Assembly (NCBI GenBank): GCA_026387835.1
Contig: JAPLKZ010000004.1
Location: 73,931-105,930, forward strand
DNA length: 32,000 nucleotides
Direction: 5' to 3'
Origin: Candidatus Saganbacteria bacterium
Lineage (GTDB): Bacteria; Margulisbacteria; WOR-1; JAKLHX01
The first letter of the stretch is position 1. Every line of letters starts with the position of its first letter. Made by a program: the position numbers and the translations under genes. Positions 1 to 8,549 of the stretch are shown one piece after another. A model generated the notes under the pieces. The model was given only the letters and a program-made list of their open reading frames with translations. It searched no databases and was not told the origin of the DNA.

Positions 1-254
1 GGCAGGTCCTTATCCATCTTGTATGTCTCGATCTTCGGCGCTTCTTTCGGGAGCTGCCTGATCGGCGACAAGATCCTTTTTCCTATAAGAAAACTGACCC
101 AGAAGCTTCCCACCACGAGACAGACTATCAGAAGCACTATCCCTACGCCCTTCATCGAAAGATTGTTCTTTTTCTTCCTAATGCCCCTTGCAACGCCTAT
201 CTCATCGTTGTCGCGGGTCTTTTCCGGATCGTTGTTTTGATAGATATCTGGCAT
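1..254 (-). CDS. hypothetical membrane-anchored protein, truncated by window edge (first 84 codons visible)
   Basis: Hand-translated minus-strand ORF, absent from the track because it runs off the window. ATG at 254-252 gives MPDIYQNNDPEKTRDNDEIGVARGIRKKKNNLSMKGVGIVLLIVCLVVGSFWVSFLIGKR...: a basic stretch followed by one hydrophobic helix. It lies 18 nt downstream of folC on the same strand. The competing plus ORF 19..240 looks like a shadow frame. Confidence 0.4.
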   Translation of the reverse strand, partial: MPDIYQNNDPEKTRDNDEIGVARGIRKKKNNLSMKGVGIVLLIVCLVVGSFWVSFLIGKRILSPIRQLPKEAPKIETYKMDKDL

Positions 255-271
255 TTCAGTACCAATATATT

Positions 272-1540
272 TTACACCATCAAAGAACAATGCGTCAAAT
301 GACGGGGAAATAGCGCCAGGGCCTCTGCCGCGGTAAAAAGAGAGCCGCAAATTATCACCGTATCATCTTTTCCGGCTATTTTTATTGCGGCTGTTACCGC
401 CCTGCCGACCGTTGACAATTTTAATATTTCACAGCCTTTGCCTTTCACGTCGGCCCCCATCTCTGCTAATGTGCATGCGCCCTTCGCCATGGGTCTTGTC
501 AGTATCAGAGTATCAGCTGCGCTGCAAAGCATTGATAACATTTTCTTGTGGTCTTTGCGTCTCAATATCCCGGCGACAAAAATATCCCTGCCTGATCTAT
601 TTTTGAAAGCGCTGGCAGAATCAATAAGGGCTTTTATACCGGCAGGATTATGCGCGCCGTCGACTATCACGACGGGATCCCTTCTTAATATCTGGAACCT
701 CGCCGGCCATTTTGTCTTTGCGATCCCTATTCTTATATCACTGTCTGATATTTTATAACCGGACTTTCGCAGTTCGGCGACTGCCGCGACAGCTGTTGCC
801 GCATTGATCTTTTGATGCTGCCCGTATAAAGGGATACTTGCGCTTAAGTTCAGGTCCGGACCGCTTACGATCACCAGCCGGCCCTTTTTTTTAGCGGCTG
901 TTTTTTTGATGACGCTCAGCGCTTTGCCTTGCGCGGCTGTCACTACGGGAATATTATCCTTGATTATCCCGGCTTTTTCTTTCGCGATTAATTCGATCGT
1001 TTTGCCCAATACTTCCGTGTGGTCCAGGTCAACATTAGTGATAACTGATACCAGAGGTGTTATGACATTCGTGGAATCCAGCCTTCCTCCAAGGCCTGTT
1101 TCGATCACGGCGATAGTCACATTTTCATCAGCAAAATAGAGAAAAGCTATCGCTGTAAGTATTTCGAACTCTGTTGGAAGCTCCTCTCCTTTCTCATATT
1201 TATTTATTACCGCCCGCACTTTTCCGACATATCCGTTAAATTTATTTTCCGGAATATCTTTTCCGTTTATCTTGAACCTTTCCATGTATGTGAACAGATG
1301 CGGGGAAGTGAAAAGCCCTGTCCTGTATCCCGCTTCTCGTAATACCAATGAGACCATCGCGCAGACAGAACCTTTGCCGTTGGTGCCTGCGACATGGACC
1401 GTTTTGATCTTTTTTTGCGGATCGCCGAGCTCTCGGAGAAGTTTTTCTATCCTGTGAAGGCCGAGTTTGATGCCGAACTTCCAGAACGACTCAAGATATA
1501 AAACGGACCGGTCATGATCCATGGGATCATATCCCGACAA
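272..1540 (-). CDS. folC: bifunctional folylpolyglutamate synthase / dihydrofolate synthase (Mur ligase family)
   Basis: 422 aa with the Mur-ligase P-loop HVAGTNGKGS. TGLGGRLDSTNV and DGAHNP motifs are typical of FolC. Overlaps the upstream M50 protease gene by 14 nt. Confidence 0.9.
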   Translation of the reverse strand: MSGYDPMDHDRSVLYLESFWKFGIKLGLHRIEKLLRELGDPQKKIKTVHVAGTNGKGSVCAMVSLVLREAGYRTGLFTSPHLFTYMERFKINGKDIPENKFNGYVGKVRAVINKYEKGEELPTEFEILTAIAFLYFADENVTIAVIETGLGGRLDSTNVITPLVSVITNVDLDHTEVLGKTIELIAKEKAGIIKDNIPVVTAAQGKALSVIKKTAAKKKGRLVIVSGPDLNLSASIPLYGQHQKINAATAVAAVAELRKSGYKISDSDIRIGIAKTKWPARFQILRRDPVVIVDGAHNPAGIKALIDSASAFKNRSGRDIFVAGILRRKDHKKMLSMLCSAADTLILTRPMAKGACTLAEMGADVKGKGCEILKLSTVGRAVTAAIKIAGKDDTVIICGSLFTAAEALALFPRHLTHCSLMV

Positions 1541-2156
1541 AAAAGTTAAATATCATGTTCACTATGCCGGAGATGAAGATAGACGTCCCCGGGAACATCA
1601 AAAGAAGGATGAGAATAAAGAAGCCGTACCGCTCCATACCGTCCATTATCCTTACTCCCTCATAAGGAAGCACCGCCCTTAAAAGACGGGACCCGTCCAG
1701 AGGAGGTATCGGTATCAGGTTGAACACGCCTAAAAGCAGGTTTATCCTCACTGCAAATACGATCAGTTCCTGCAGCATACCCGTTAATTCGCCGGCCGGA
1801 AAAGGAACGAACCTGAGAAAAAGCGCCATGATAAATGCCAGAGTGAAATTGGCAAGAGGTCCCGCGAGCCCGACGATCGCCATGTCCTTGTCAGGGTCCC
1901 TGAAGTAATTAGGATTGATCGGCACCGGTTTTGCCCATCCGAACACGACCGGGGACCCTGAAAATATCAGGAGCAGAGGAAAAATTACCGTCCCCATAGG
2001 ATCGATATGGACCCTTGGATCCAGCGATAACCGCCCCATCATTCTCGGCGTACTGTCCCCGAAATACCCCGCCGCAACTCCGTGAGCAAGCTCGTGAAAG
2101 ATTATCGTGTACAAAAGGATGACCAATGATAGAACAAAAAATATTATACCGATCAT
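1527..2156 (-). CDS. site-2 protease family (peptidase M50) integral membrane metalloprotease
   Basis: 209 aa and polytopic, with an HELAHG zinc motif in the first TM helix and the LNLIPIPPLDG motif typical of M50/S2P proteases. Confidence 0.85.
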   Translation of the reverse strand: MIGIIFFVLSLVILLYTIIFHELAHGVAAGYFGDSTPRMMGRLSLDPRVHIDPMGTVIFPLLLIFSGSPVVFGWAKPVPINPNYFRDPDKDMAIVGLAGPLANFTLAFIMALFLRFVPFPAGELTGMLQELIVFAVRINLLLGVFNLIPIPPLDGSRLLRAVLPYEGVRIMDGMERYGFFILILLLMFPGTSIFISGIVNMIFNFFVGI

Positions 2157-2159
2157 TAT

Positions 2160-3026
2160 CTATGCCCTCGGATGCGCGCTTTTATAAACTTTTCTCAGTC
2201 TTTCCCTGCTCACATTCGTGTAGATCTGCGTCGTACTTATATTAGCATGACCGAGCATCTCCTGGACAGAGCGGAGGTCCGCTCCTTTTTCGAGAAGATG
2301 CGTCGCGAAGCTGTGGCGCAGCGTGTGAGGGGATGCCGAGCTTTTGACACCGGACTTTTTGACGTATTTTTTTACGATGAGCCAGGCCCCCTGTCTTGTG
2401 AGCCTTTTTCCGCTCCTGTCCAGGAAAAGGGCGTTCGATGTCTTTTTCTTCAGGAACCTGAGGCGCATTACCCTTACATAAAAAGACAACGCTTTTTTTG
2501 CCTCTTCCCCGACAGGCACTATCCGTTCTTTTGAGCCCTTGCCGATGCAGTTAATAAAACCGGATTCAAAATTCACATTATTGACGTCCAGCCCCGTCAG
2601 CTCGCTTATCCTCAGCCCGCACCCGTAAAGGGTCTCGAGTATGGCGCGGTCGCGCGAGCTCAGCTTGTCTTTTTTATCCGGCGACTCGACAAGCGCCTCC
2701 GCCTCGGCCATGGAAAGCGATCTCGGCAGTTTAAGCCCGAGCTTGGGAAAAGAGATGTCTTCCGTCGGATCGCTCTGCATCCGGCCCTCGCCGATCAGGA
2801 ATTTGCACAGTGATTTTATGGCCGCGAGGTTCCTTGATATCGATGAAGGGGACATGCCTTCCCTGCTCAGATCGCCGATAAAACTGCTGATCCCTTTTTG
2901 CGTCAGGGGATACTTTAAAATTTTTGACAGGTCGTTCCTGTATGACGAGACCGTATTCGGAGAATAGCCTTTTTCGACTTTTATGTATAGGAGAAACTCG
3001 TCGATGATCTTTTTATTGTCTTCCAT
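2160..3026 (-). CDS. site-specific tyrosine recombinase, XerC/XerD family
   Basis: 288 aa. N-terminal SAM-like core-binding region (FLLYIKVEKGYSPNTVSSYRNDL). C-terminal catalytic motifs RISEL, HTLRHSFATHLL and LGHANISTTQIYTNV. XerC and XerD cannot be told apart by eye. Confidence 0.9.
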   Translation of the reverse strand: MEDNKKIIDEFLLYIKVEKGYSPNTVSSYRNDLSKILKYPLTQKGISSFIGDLSREGMSPSSISRNLAAIKSLCKFLIGEGRMQSDPTEDISFPKLGLKLPRSLSMAEAEALVESPDKKDKLSSRDRAILETLYGCGLRISELTGLDVNNVNFESGFINCIGKGSKERIVPVGEEAKKALSFYVRVMRLRFLKKKTSNALFLDRSGKRLTRQGAWLIVKKYVKKSGVKSSASPHTLRHSFATHLLEKGADLRSVQEMLGHANISTTQIYTNVSRERLRKVYKSAHPRA

Positions 3027-4137
3027 CTGCCGCTTCTTGGATCGCCCCTATTAAAAGCTCGGTCCCCGTAACGAGGTCTCCGACGGCGATACATTCTTTG
3101 GCGGTGTGCAGGTTGTGAGCTCCGACCCCGATGATCACCGAGGGGATCCCCATTTCGTTGAAGATATTAGCATCACTTCCGCCGCCTGTCATTCCGGTCT
3201 TTATTTTTATCGATGACCTTCTCCCCGCCTCCCTGAAATATTTTACGGCGGGTGACGATTCTTTTATGCTGAAAGAATTATAGACGGGCTCGACCTTCAT
3301 CCTCAAAAAAGCCTTATGCTTCCTGCAGGTCTTTGAGAGGATCTTGGTCATATTGTTTATCTGTTGTTTCAGTTTTCTTTTGCTGTGGCTCCTGACTTCT
3401 CCTTTGATAAATACCCTGTCCGGGATTATATTGGTCGCGGTCCCGCCCTCGATGATCCCCACATTTGCGGTCGTGATCCTGTCGATACGCCCTATTTTCA
3501 TCTTTGATATCGCTTCGCTTGCCACTTTTATGGCGTTTATCCCGCGCTCCGGATGGACACCCGCATGAGCGGCCCTTCCATGGATATTCGCCTCAAAGTT
3601 AAGCTGTGAAGGAGCCGCGCACAGGATAGTTTCCACGGCCCCGCCGTCCAGGACATATCCGAAGTCGGCTCTCAGGTGCCTGAAGTCGGCGTTCTTTGCT
3701 CCTGTTATCCCGATCTCCTCCGCCACTGTAAAACATAATTTTATATCCCCGTGAAGTATATTTTTTTCTTTTAAGACCTTTAAAGCCTCAAGTATGGCGG
3801 CCACTCCGGCTTTGCAGTCTGCCCCGAGTATAGTGGTGCCGTCGCTGGATATCACACCTTTTCTGATGACGGGATGTATCCTGCCGTCGTGGACGACCGT
3901 ATCGATGTGCGCGTTCAGCAGTATACCGGGCGCTTCTTTTACCGTCCCTTTTACAGCGGCATACAGATTACCACAGTTCCCTCCGAAAACATCGCCCGCA
4001 TCGTCGAACCAGCTCTTGATCCCCAGCTTCGCCAGATATTTTTTAATGAACAGCCCCGCATTTTTTTCTCTTTTGGAAGGGCTTTCTATTTTTACAAGTT
4101 TAAGGAAAGTATTTATAAGCCGTTTTTCTTTGATCAT
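3013..4137 (-). CDS. M20 family metallopeptidase (peptidase T / tripeptidase-like)
   Basis: 374 aa with NAHIDTV, LGADCKAG, FTVAEEIG and GGGSDAN motifs characteristic of M20 PepT-like enzymes. Confidence 0.8.
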   Translation of the reverse strand: MIKEKRLINTFLKLVKIESPSKREKNAGLFIKKYLAKLGIKSWFDDAGDVFGGNCGNLYAAVKGTVKEAPGILLNAHIDTVVHDGRIHPVIRKGVISSDGTTILGADCKAGVAAILEALKVLKEKNILHGDIKLCFTVAEEIGITGAKNADFRHLRADFGYVLDGGAVETILCAAPSQLNFEANIHGRAAHAGVHPERGINAIKVASEAISKMKIGRIDRITTANVGIIEGGTATNIIPDRVFIKGEVRSHSKRKLKQQINNMTKILSKTCRKHKAFLRMKVEPVYNSFSIKESSPAVKYFREAGRRSSIKIKTGMTGGGSDANIFNEMGIPSVIIGVGAHNLHTAKECIAVGDLVTGTELLIGAIQEAADGRQ

Positions 4138-4145
4138 TATAGGAA

Positions 4146-4154
4146 ATTATAGCA
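4146..4154 (-). promoter_or_regulatory. extended -10 box TGCTATAAT (minus strand), 8 nt upstream of the peptidase ATG
   Basis: The plus strand reads ATTATAGCA, which is TGCTATAAT on the minus strand. It sits in the 38-nt gap between the thiC stop and the peptidase start. No SD fits between the box and the ATG, so the mRNA would be leaderless or nearly so. Confidence 0.45.
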
Positions 4155-4175
4155 CTATAGAAGCGGCACCGGTAA

Positions 4176-5402
4176 TTATCGGCTGACCTTCATAGCGCAG
4201 TAGTCGCCGCACATCGTGCACACGTCTTTTCTTTTTGAGGAAAGCCTTTTGTGGTAGGAACGCGCTTTTTCGCTGTCAAGCGCGAGTGAAAGCTGTTTCT
4301 GCCAGTCAAGGGCTTTTCTTGCCTTTGACATCTCGTAGTCCCTTTTTAACGCGCTTTTTATGCCTTTGGATATGTCGCCGATATGGGCGGCGATCCTTGA
4401 GACTATTATCCCTTCTCTCACATCGTCCGCAGTCGGGAGCCCCAGATGTTCTGCAGGAGTGACATAGCAAAGAAAATCGGCCCCGGCCGAAGCAGCAAGA
4501 GCGCCTCCTATAGCGCACGCCACGTGGTCATACCCAGCCGCGATATCTGTCGGAAGCGGACCAAGGACATAGAAAGGAGCGCCGGCGCAGATCTTTTTTT
4601 CCAGCTTCATCTGGTCGATGATTTGGTTTATAGGGACATGACCCGGACCTTCGATAATAACTTGGACTCCCGCCTTTCTTGCTCTTTCCGCCAGTTTCCC
4701 TAATATTTTCAGCTCCTCTATCTGCCCGGCGTCGCCCGCATCAAAGATCGAACCCGGCCTGAGCCCGTCGCCGAGGCTTATCACGACACCGTATCTCCTG
4801 CAGATATCAAGGACCCTGTCATACTGTTCAAAGAGAGGATTTTCTTTTTTGTGCTTTTCCATCCACGCGTAAAGGAGCGCGCCTCCCCTGCTCACTATCC
4901 CCATCAGTCTTTTTTTCTTTTTTATCTCCGCAACGGACCTTTTTGTGACCCCGCTGTGGATAGTCATAAAGTCGACCCCGTCAGCCGCTTGTCTTTCGAT
5001 GACGTCTAGCATTGTCTCCGCAGTGAGTTTTTCGATCCCGCCGGCTTCTATTACAGCTTGATATACGGGGACCGTTCCCAGAGGGACCGGACAATTTTCA
5101 AGTATTTTCTTCCTGATCCTGTCGATATTTCCTCCTGTGCTCAGGTCCATCACCGCGTCCGCTTTGTATTTTATGCAGACTTCGAGCTTCTTTAGTTCGC
5201 TGGCGAGAGAAGGGTAATCCTGTGAAGTGCCGATGTTCGCGTTAACTTTTGTAAGAAGACCTTTTCCCACACCGGCCGGTTTGCAGTTTTTGTGGAGCGG
5301 GCTTTTCAATATGACGATCGTCCCGTTCTTCAATCCCTGCTCGATCTGTTTTACGGGCAAGTTCTCGTCTTGAGAGATCTTTTTAATGTAGGATTTATTC
5401 AC
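4176..5402 (-). CDS. thiC: phosphomethylpyrimidine synthase ThiC (short anaerobe-type form)
   Basis: 408 aa. C-terminal radical-SAM cluster motif CTMCGDYCAMK, plus conserved IEGPGHVP, YVLGPLPTDIA and DHV blocks. The GTG start overlaps the upstream TAG by 1 nt. Confidence 0.9.
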   Translation of the reverse strand: MNKSYIKKISQDENLPVKQIEQGLKNGTIVILKSPLHKNCKPAGVGKGLLTKVNANIGTSQDYPSLASELKKLEVCIKYKADAVMDLSTGGNIDRIRKKILENCPVPLGTVPVYQAVIEAGGIEKLTAETMLDVIERQAADGVDFMTIHSGVTKRSVAEIKKKKRLMGIVSRGGALLYAWMEKHKKENPLFEQYDRVLDICRRYGVVISLGDGLRPGSIFDAGDAGQIEELKILGKLAERARKAGVQVIIEGPGHVPINQIIDQMKLEKKICAGAPFYVLGPLPTDIAAGYDHVACAIGGALAASAGADFLCYVTPAEHLGLPTADDVREGIIVSRIAAHIGDISKGIKSALKRDYEMSKARKALDWQKQLSLALDSEKARSYHKRLSSKRKDVCTMCGDYCAMKVSR

Positions 5403-5956
5403 TAATATGTGATGTGTTCTTTTTTAAGAAGCTTTTTCCAGAATTTCTTTCCTAATATTTTTTCCTTCTCCCGGACTTTTTTCGCCGCTTTTACCGCGAG
5501 TTCGACGGCCTGCTCTGGGGTCTTGACGTATTTTATCGGTATCCTTTTGTGCCCTTTCCGCATAAAATGCCAGGTGTTTATCCCGAACGTCGGTATCTTG
5601 TAGCTAAGCGCGTAAGCCATCTCGCAAAGTGTGCCGTAGCTTCCTCCGATCGCGATCACCGCCTGTCCGCTTTTTACGACAAGCTTGTTCCGGCCGTAAC
5701 CTATCCCGGTAACGACGGGGATATCAATATATTTGTTCGCCTCGTATCTTTTTCCACTGGGGAGTATTCCGACCGTTGTCGCGCCCGGATGTTTCTTTGC
5801 TCCTTTGCAGATCGCCTCCATGACCCCTATCCTTCCCCCGCAGAATATCACAGCTTTGTGTTTTGCGAGAAGTTCACCCACTCTTTCCGCTATCTTATAA
5901 TTCTCTTTTGAAGCAACGCTCTCGCCTATCACTGTTATAAAAAGTCTTTCTTCCAT
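5402..5956 (-). CDS. TIGR00725 / LOG-like (SLOG Rossmann) family protein
   Basis: 184 aa. GGRIGVMEA and GGSYGTLCE match the LOG-family GGxGxM...PGGxGTxxE pattern. SD AGGGAG lies upstream. Confidence 0.75.
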   Translation of the reverse strand: MEERLFITVIGESVASKENYKIAERVGELLAKHKAVIFCGGRIGVMEAICKGAKKHPGATTVGILPSGKRYEANKYIDIPVVTGIGYGRNKLVVKSGQAVIAIGGSYGTLCEMAYALSYKIPTFGINTWHFMRKGHKRIPIKYVKTPEQAVELAVKAAKKVREKEKILGKKFWKKLLKKEHITY

Positions 5957-5995
5957 GTTTTTCTCCCTTTGAAAGTTTATTCGTCGATTTCTTTG

Positions 5996-6004
5996 ATTAT
6001 AGCA
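5996..6004 (-). promoter_or_regulatory. extended -10 box TGCTATAAT for the LOG-thiC operon
   Basis: The plus strand reads ATTATAGCA. The box is followed on the minus strand by a leader of about 40 nt containing AGGGAG before ATG 5956. Confidence 0.5.
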
Positions 6005-6011
6005 AAAATGA

Positions 6012-6039
6012 GTGAAATTTCCAAAATATCGTGTCGATA
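6012..6039 (+). promoter_or_regulatory. bipartite ECF-like promoter motif GTGAAAT-N16-CGATA (copy 1)
   Basis: GTGAAAT at 6012-6018 and CGATA at 6035-6039, with an exact 16-nt spacer. It lies 34 nt upstream of the SDR ATG. An 18-nt block, TGAGTGAAATTTCCAAAA, is identical to copy 2. Confidence 0.45.
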
Positions 6040-6073
6040 TAGACTTGACTGAAAATAAAAGGAGAAAAGGAAT

Positions 6074-6910
6074 ATGGGATCATTAAGTGTTATGTTGCCG
6101 AAAGGTCTCGCAAGATTCAATCTGAGTGGAAAAACCGCTGTAGTCATCGGCGGCACAGGCGCGCTCGGAGGAGCTATAGCACAAGGATTGGGCGAAGCGG
6201 GAGCCAGGATAGCCGTACTTGGAAGGGACAATACTCGCGGAGATCTAAGAGTCAGATCGATACAGGAACAAGGAGGAGCAGCTGCTTTTTTTAAGGCGGA
6301 CGCGTTAGACAGGCTTAGTTTGGTGGATGCTCAAGGGATGATTGTTAAAAGGTTCGGCCAACCGGATATCCTTGTTAATGCGGCCGGAGGCAATAAACCC
6401 GGGGCTGTTTTAAAAGCAGATCTTCCATTTGGGAATCTTGCATTACATGATTGGGCTGAAGTATTCAATCTGAACCTCGTGGGTGGGGTATTTTACCCGT
6501 GCCAGGTATTCGGCACCGCGATGGCAAATCAAGGGCGGGGCAGTATCATCAACATCGCAAGTGTAGCAGCTCATCTTCCGTTGACAAACGTAATCGCGTA
6601 CTCTTCCTCTAAAGCGGCTGTTTTGAACCTCTCGCAGTTCCTTTCGACGGTCTGGGCCACCAAAGGGGTCAGAGTCAACACGATAACCCCGGGGTTCTTC
6701 CCGGCGGAACAGAACCGCAAATTATTGTTTGAAGATGATGGCTCACCAAAACCCCGGGCTAAAGCGATCTGGAGCCATACACCGATGGGACGTTTTGGCA
6801 AACCTGAGGAGCTGATGACCGCGGCAATATTTCTTGCGAGTGATTTCAGCAGTTTTACGACCGGTTCCGACATTCGCGTTGACGGCGGGTTCCTGAGCAT
6901 GACGATATAG
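6074..6910 (+). CDS. SDR family oxidoreductase (sugar-acid dehydrogenase/reductase-like)
   Basis: 278 aa. Dinucleotide motif GGTGALGGAIA, NAAG, and catalytic YSSSKAA (YxxxK). Strong SD AAAGGAG. Confidence 0.9.
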   Translation: MGSLSVMLPKGLARFNLSGKTAVVIGGTGALGGAIAQGLGEAGARIAVLGRDNTRGDLRVRSIQEQGGAAAFFKADALDRLSLVDAQGMIVKRFGQPDILVNAAGGNKPGAVLKADLPFGNLALHDWAEVFNLNLVGGVFYPCQVFGTAMANQGRGSIINIASVAAHLPLTNVIAYSSSKAAVLNLSQFLSTVWATKGVRVNTITPGFFPAEQNRKLLFEDDGSPKPRAKAIWSHTPMGRFGKPEELMTAAIFLASDFSSFTTGSDIRVDGGFLSMTI

Positions 6911-6941
6911 AATATATTTCTGTCATGAACAACCAACCTGC

Positions 6942-6968
6942 GGCAAGAGTGCTTGCCCCGAGTTTTCT
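6942..6968 (+). terminator. possible intrinsic terminator after the SDR gene
   Basis: GGCAAG-agtg-CTTGCC hairpin (6942-6957), followed a few nt later by a short TTTT run. The stem is short. Confidence 0.35.
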
Positions 6969-7060
6969 GATTATAAGCATGTATATAAAGCTTATATGCC
7001 GCGTAACTTCATTATTAATACTTTGAACATGAGATTCTAAATATTTGGCAATGATTTTGA

Positions 7061-7088
7061 GTGAAATTTCCAAAAAATACTTCCGATA
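7061..7088 (+). promoter_or_regulatory. bipartite ECF-like promoter motif GTGAAAT-N16-CGATA (copy 2)
   Basis: GTGAAAT at 7061-7067 and CGATA at 7084-7088, with a 16-nt spacer. It lies 51 nt upstream of the kinase ATG. Confidence 0.45.
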
Positions 7089-7139
7089 TATTGTCGTGCA
7101 AATATTAAATGCGCACAATATTAGCAGGAGGAGAAGAAT

Positions 7140-8276
7140 ATGAACACCGCGACTGTTTCGAGATACGGCCTGAATTTTCCGGAAAATTTCAGATGGGGCT
7201 GCGTCGGACTCGGTCATACCCGTGTAAGATTGAATCCCGGAACACAGGCTTACAGCCACTTGGATCCCGGAGCAAGGCTGCAGTGCATAGGCCCGACAGG
7301 CGGCGAAGCGAACGTTGCAATAAACCTTGCTGACAGCGCGGGGCTCAATACTACCATGCTGACCGCGCTGGTCAAGGGTGATCCCTGGTACGGAATGATC
7401 AAAAGAGGATACGGAGCCATGGGGGTTAATACGGACTATGCAAAAATATTTGATTATAAGCCGAGAGGTCCGGTACATGGCACTGTCTTCAGCCCTCTCG
7501 GGTACGGAGAAGAAAGCCCTGAGGTCACTTACCATGTAGCAGGCGAAGCAGCCGCACAGCTTGGACCTGCTGATTTTGACTTTGATCAGGTATTTTTCCC
7601 CGGTGCTGCATTCGCTCATACCGGCGGTATCTTTCTGACCGTCGGTGTTAATACACCGGAATTGATAATCAATTTTCTTGAGTCTGCCGGAAAAAATGAT
7701 GTCATCAGGTCGTTCGACCTGAACTGGCGTAAAAAACTCTGGGCCGATAATCCCAACCAAGCTAATGCGCAAAAGATCTACAGGGATATCGTCCAAAGAG
7801 TGGAGATCCTTGAAGGCAATAAAAGCGATCTGGCCGACGCGCTTGGCATCGAAGGATTTCAATCCGGGATGGCAAAAAAAACAGATCCTCTTGATCCGAC
7901 CCCGCACATGGTCATGATCACGGAGACCGTGAAACAATTTCCGAACCTTAAGGTCGTGCTGACGAACCTTCGCCATGAGATCGACACCAACCACCAGCTA
8001 TGGAGCGCTCTAGCATGGGTCAACGGCAAATTCTACCACGCCCCCAAAAAAGAGATATTCGTACTGGACCGCGTCGGCGGCGGTGACGCCACCACGGCAT
8101 ACTTTTTGTGGTCGATGCTTAACGGCAAGACCGAACAGGAAGCGATCGACATAGCATGGGCAGCCGGCGCGCTTAAAACGGCCACTGTCGGTGACACTTT
8201 AAAAGTCGGCCCTGAAAAAGTGCTTGCCAAGGCAAAGGCCGGAAGGTCCGGCGCAGCCGCGGAGATCGCGCGTTAA
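7140..8276 (+). CDS. PfkB family carbohydrate kinase (2-dehydro-3-deoxygluconokinase-like)
   Basis: 378 aa with the C-terminal PfkB signature DRVGGGDATTA. SD AGGAGGAG. Confidence 0.85.
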   Translation: MNTATVSRYGLNFPENFRWGCVGLGHTRVRLNPGTQAYSHLDPGARLQCIGPTGGEANVAINLADSAGLNTTMLTALVKGDPWYGMIKRGYGAMGVNTDYAKIFDYKPRGPVHGTVFSPLGYGEESPEVTYHVAGEAAAQLGPADFDFDQVFFPGAAFAHTGGIFLTVGVNTPELIINFLESAGKNDVIRSFDLNWRKKLWADNPNQANAQKIYRDIVQRVEILEGNKSDLADALGIEGFQSGMAKKTDPLDPTPHMVMITETVKQFPNLKVVLTNLRHEIDTNHQLWSALAWVNGKFYHAPKKEIFVLDRVGGGDATTAYFLWSMLNGKTEQEAIDIAWAAGALKTATVGDTLKVGPEKVLAKAKAGRSGAAAEIAR

Positions 8277-8303
8277 GCTGACAGTTTCATTTGTATTAAA
8301 AAG

Positions 8304-8330
8304 AGCCCCGGTTTCCCGGGGCTTGTTTTT
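8304..8330 (+). terminator. intrinsic terminator (bidirectional geometry)
   Basis: AGCCCCGG-tttc-CCGGGGCT hairpin followed by TGTTTTT. An A-run precedes it, so it could also terminate the convergent minus-strand small ORF. Confidence 0.7.
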
Positions 8331-8501
8331 CTATATACCTAAAAATACTAAAAGCAATCCAACTGCAAGTGAAAGTGTAAATCCGACAGGAATCAAAGAC
8401 TGGCTGATCGCCATTTTTTTAGATATCACATAAGATACCGAGCTCCACGTGAATATAAAAGAAATTATCAGAACGCAAAGCAGGACCGCTTTTCCGATCA
8501 T
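8331..8501 (-). CDS. small hydrophobic protein (56 aa, two predicted TM helices)
   Basis: Internal ATG of track ORF 8331..8624; the upstream part of that ORF overlaps the tRNA. Good SD AAAGGAGAAAG lies 5 nt upstream. Sequence MIGKAVLLCVLIISFIFTW...GLLLVFLGI. Confidence 0.45.
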   Translation of the reverse strand: MIGKAVLLCVLIISFIFTWSSVSYVISKKMAISQSLIPVGFTLSLAVGLLLVFLGI

Positions 8502-8549
8502 TTTTCTTTCTCCTTTATCATTTCGTTCGGGACAAACACGTGAAAATAT

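Noticed and set aside
19-240. 73-aa plus-strand ORF at the window start
   Set aside because: The opposite strand encodes a more protein-like product (basic N-terminus plus a TM helix) that continues the folC operon. The plus ORF has no SD and a Phe/Ser/Leu-rich shadow composition.
2160-3026. Tyrosine recombinase as the integrase of a mobile element or genomic island
   Set aside because: It is embedded in a tightly overlapping housekeeping operon (peptidase, S2P, folC) and has XerC/D-type length and motifs. There is no adjacent att-like repeat, tRNA or cargo.
5957-6010. Expected TPP (THI-box) riboswitch upstream of the thiC operon
   Set aside because: Only about 40 nt separate the -10 box from the start codon. 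There is no CUGAGA core and no room for the roughly 100-nt aptamer.
6972-6996. Inverted repeat TATAAGC-N11-GCTTATA as an operator upstream of the kinase gene
   Set aside because: It has only 7 bp per arm in an AT-rich spacer, lies upstream of the putative promoter, and has no second copy. This is too weak to call.
7046-7060. Sigma-54 promoter (TGGCAA-N5-TTGA) upstream of the kinase gene
   Set aside because: The invariant -12 GC is replaced by GA, and the otherwise similar upstream region of the SDR gene has no GG/GC elements. No enhancer-binding protein gene is nearby.
6855-7994. 379-aa minus-strand ORF spanning the SDR-kinase intergenic region and most of the kinase gene
   Set aside because: It is antisense to a plus-strand ORF carrying an unambiguous PfkB signature (DRVGGGDA). 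Its product is low-complexity and Arg/Ser/Cys-rich with no motif, and it runs through promoter and SD sequences. It is a shadow ORF.
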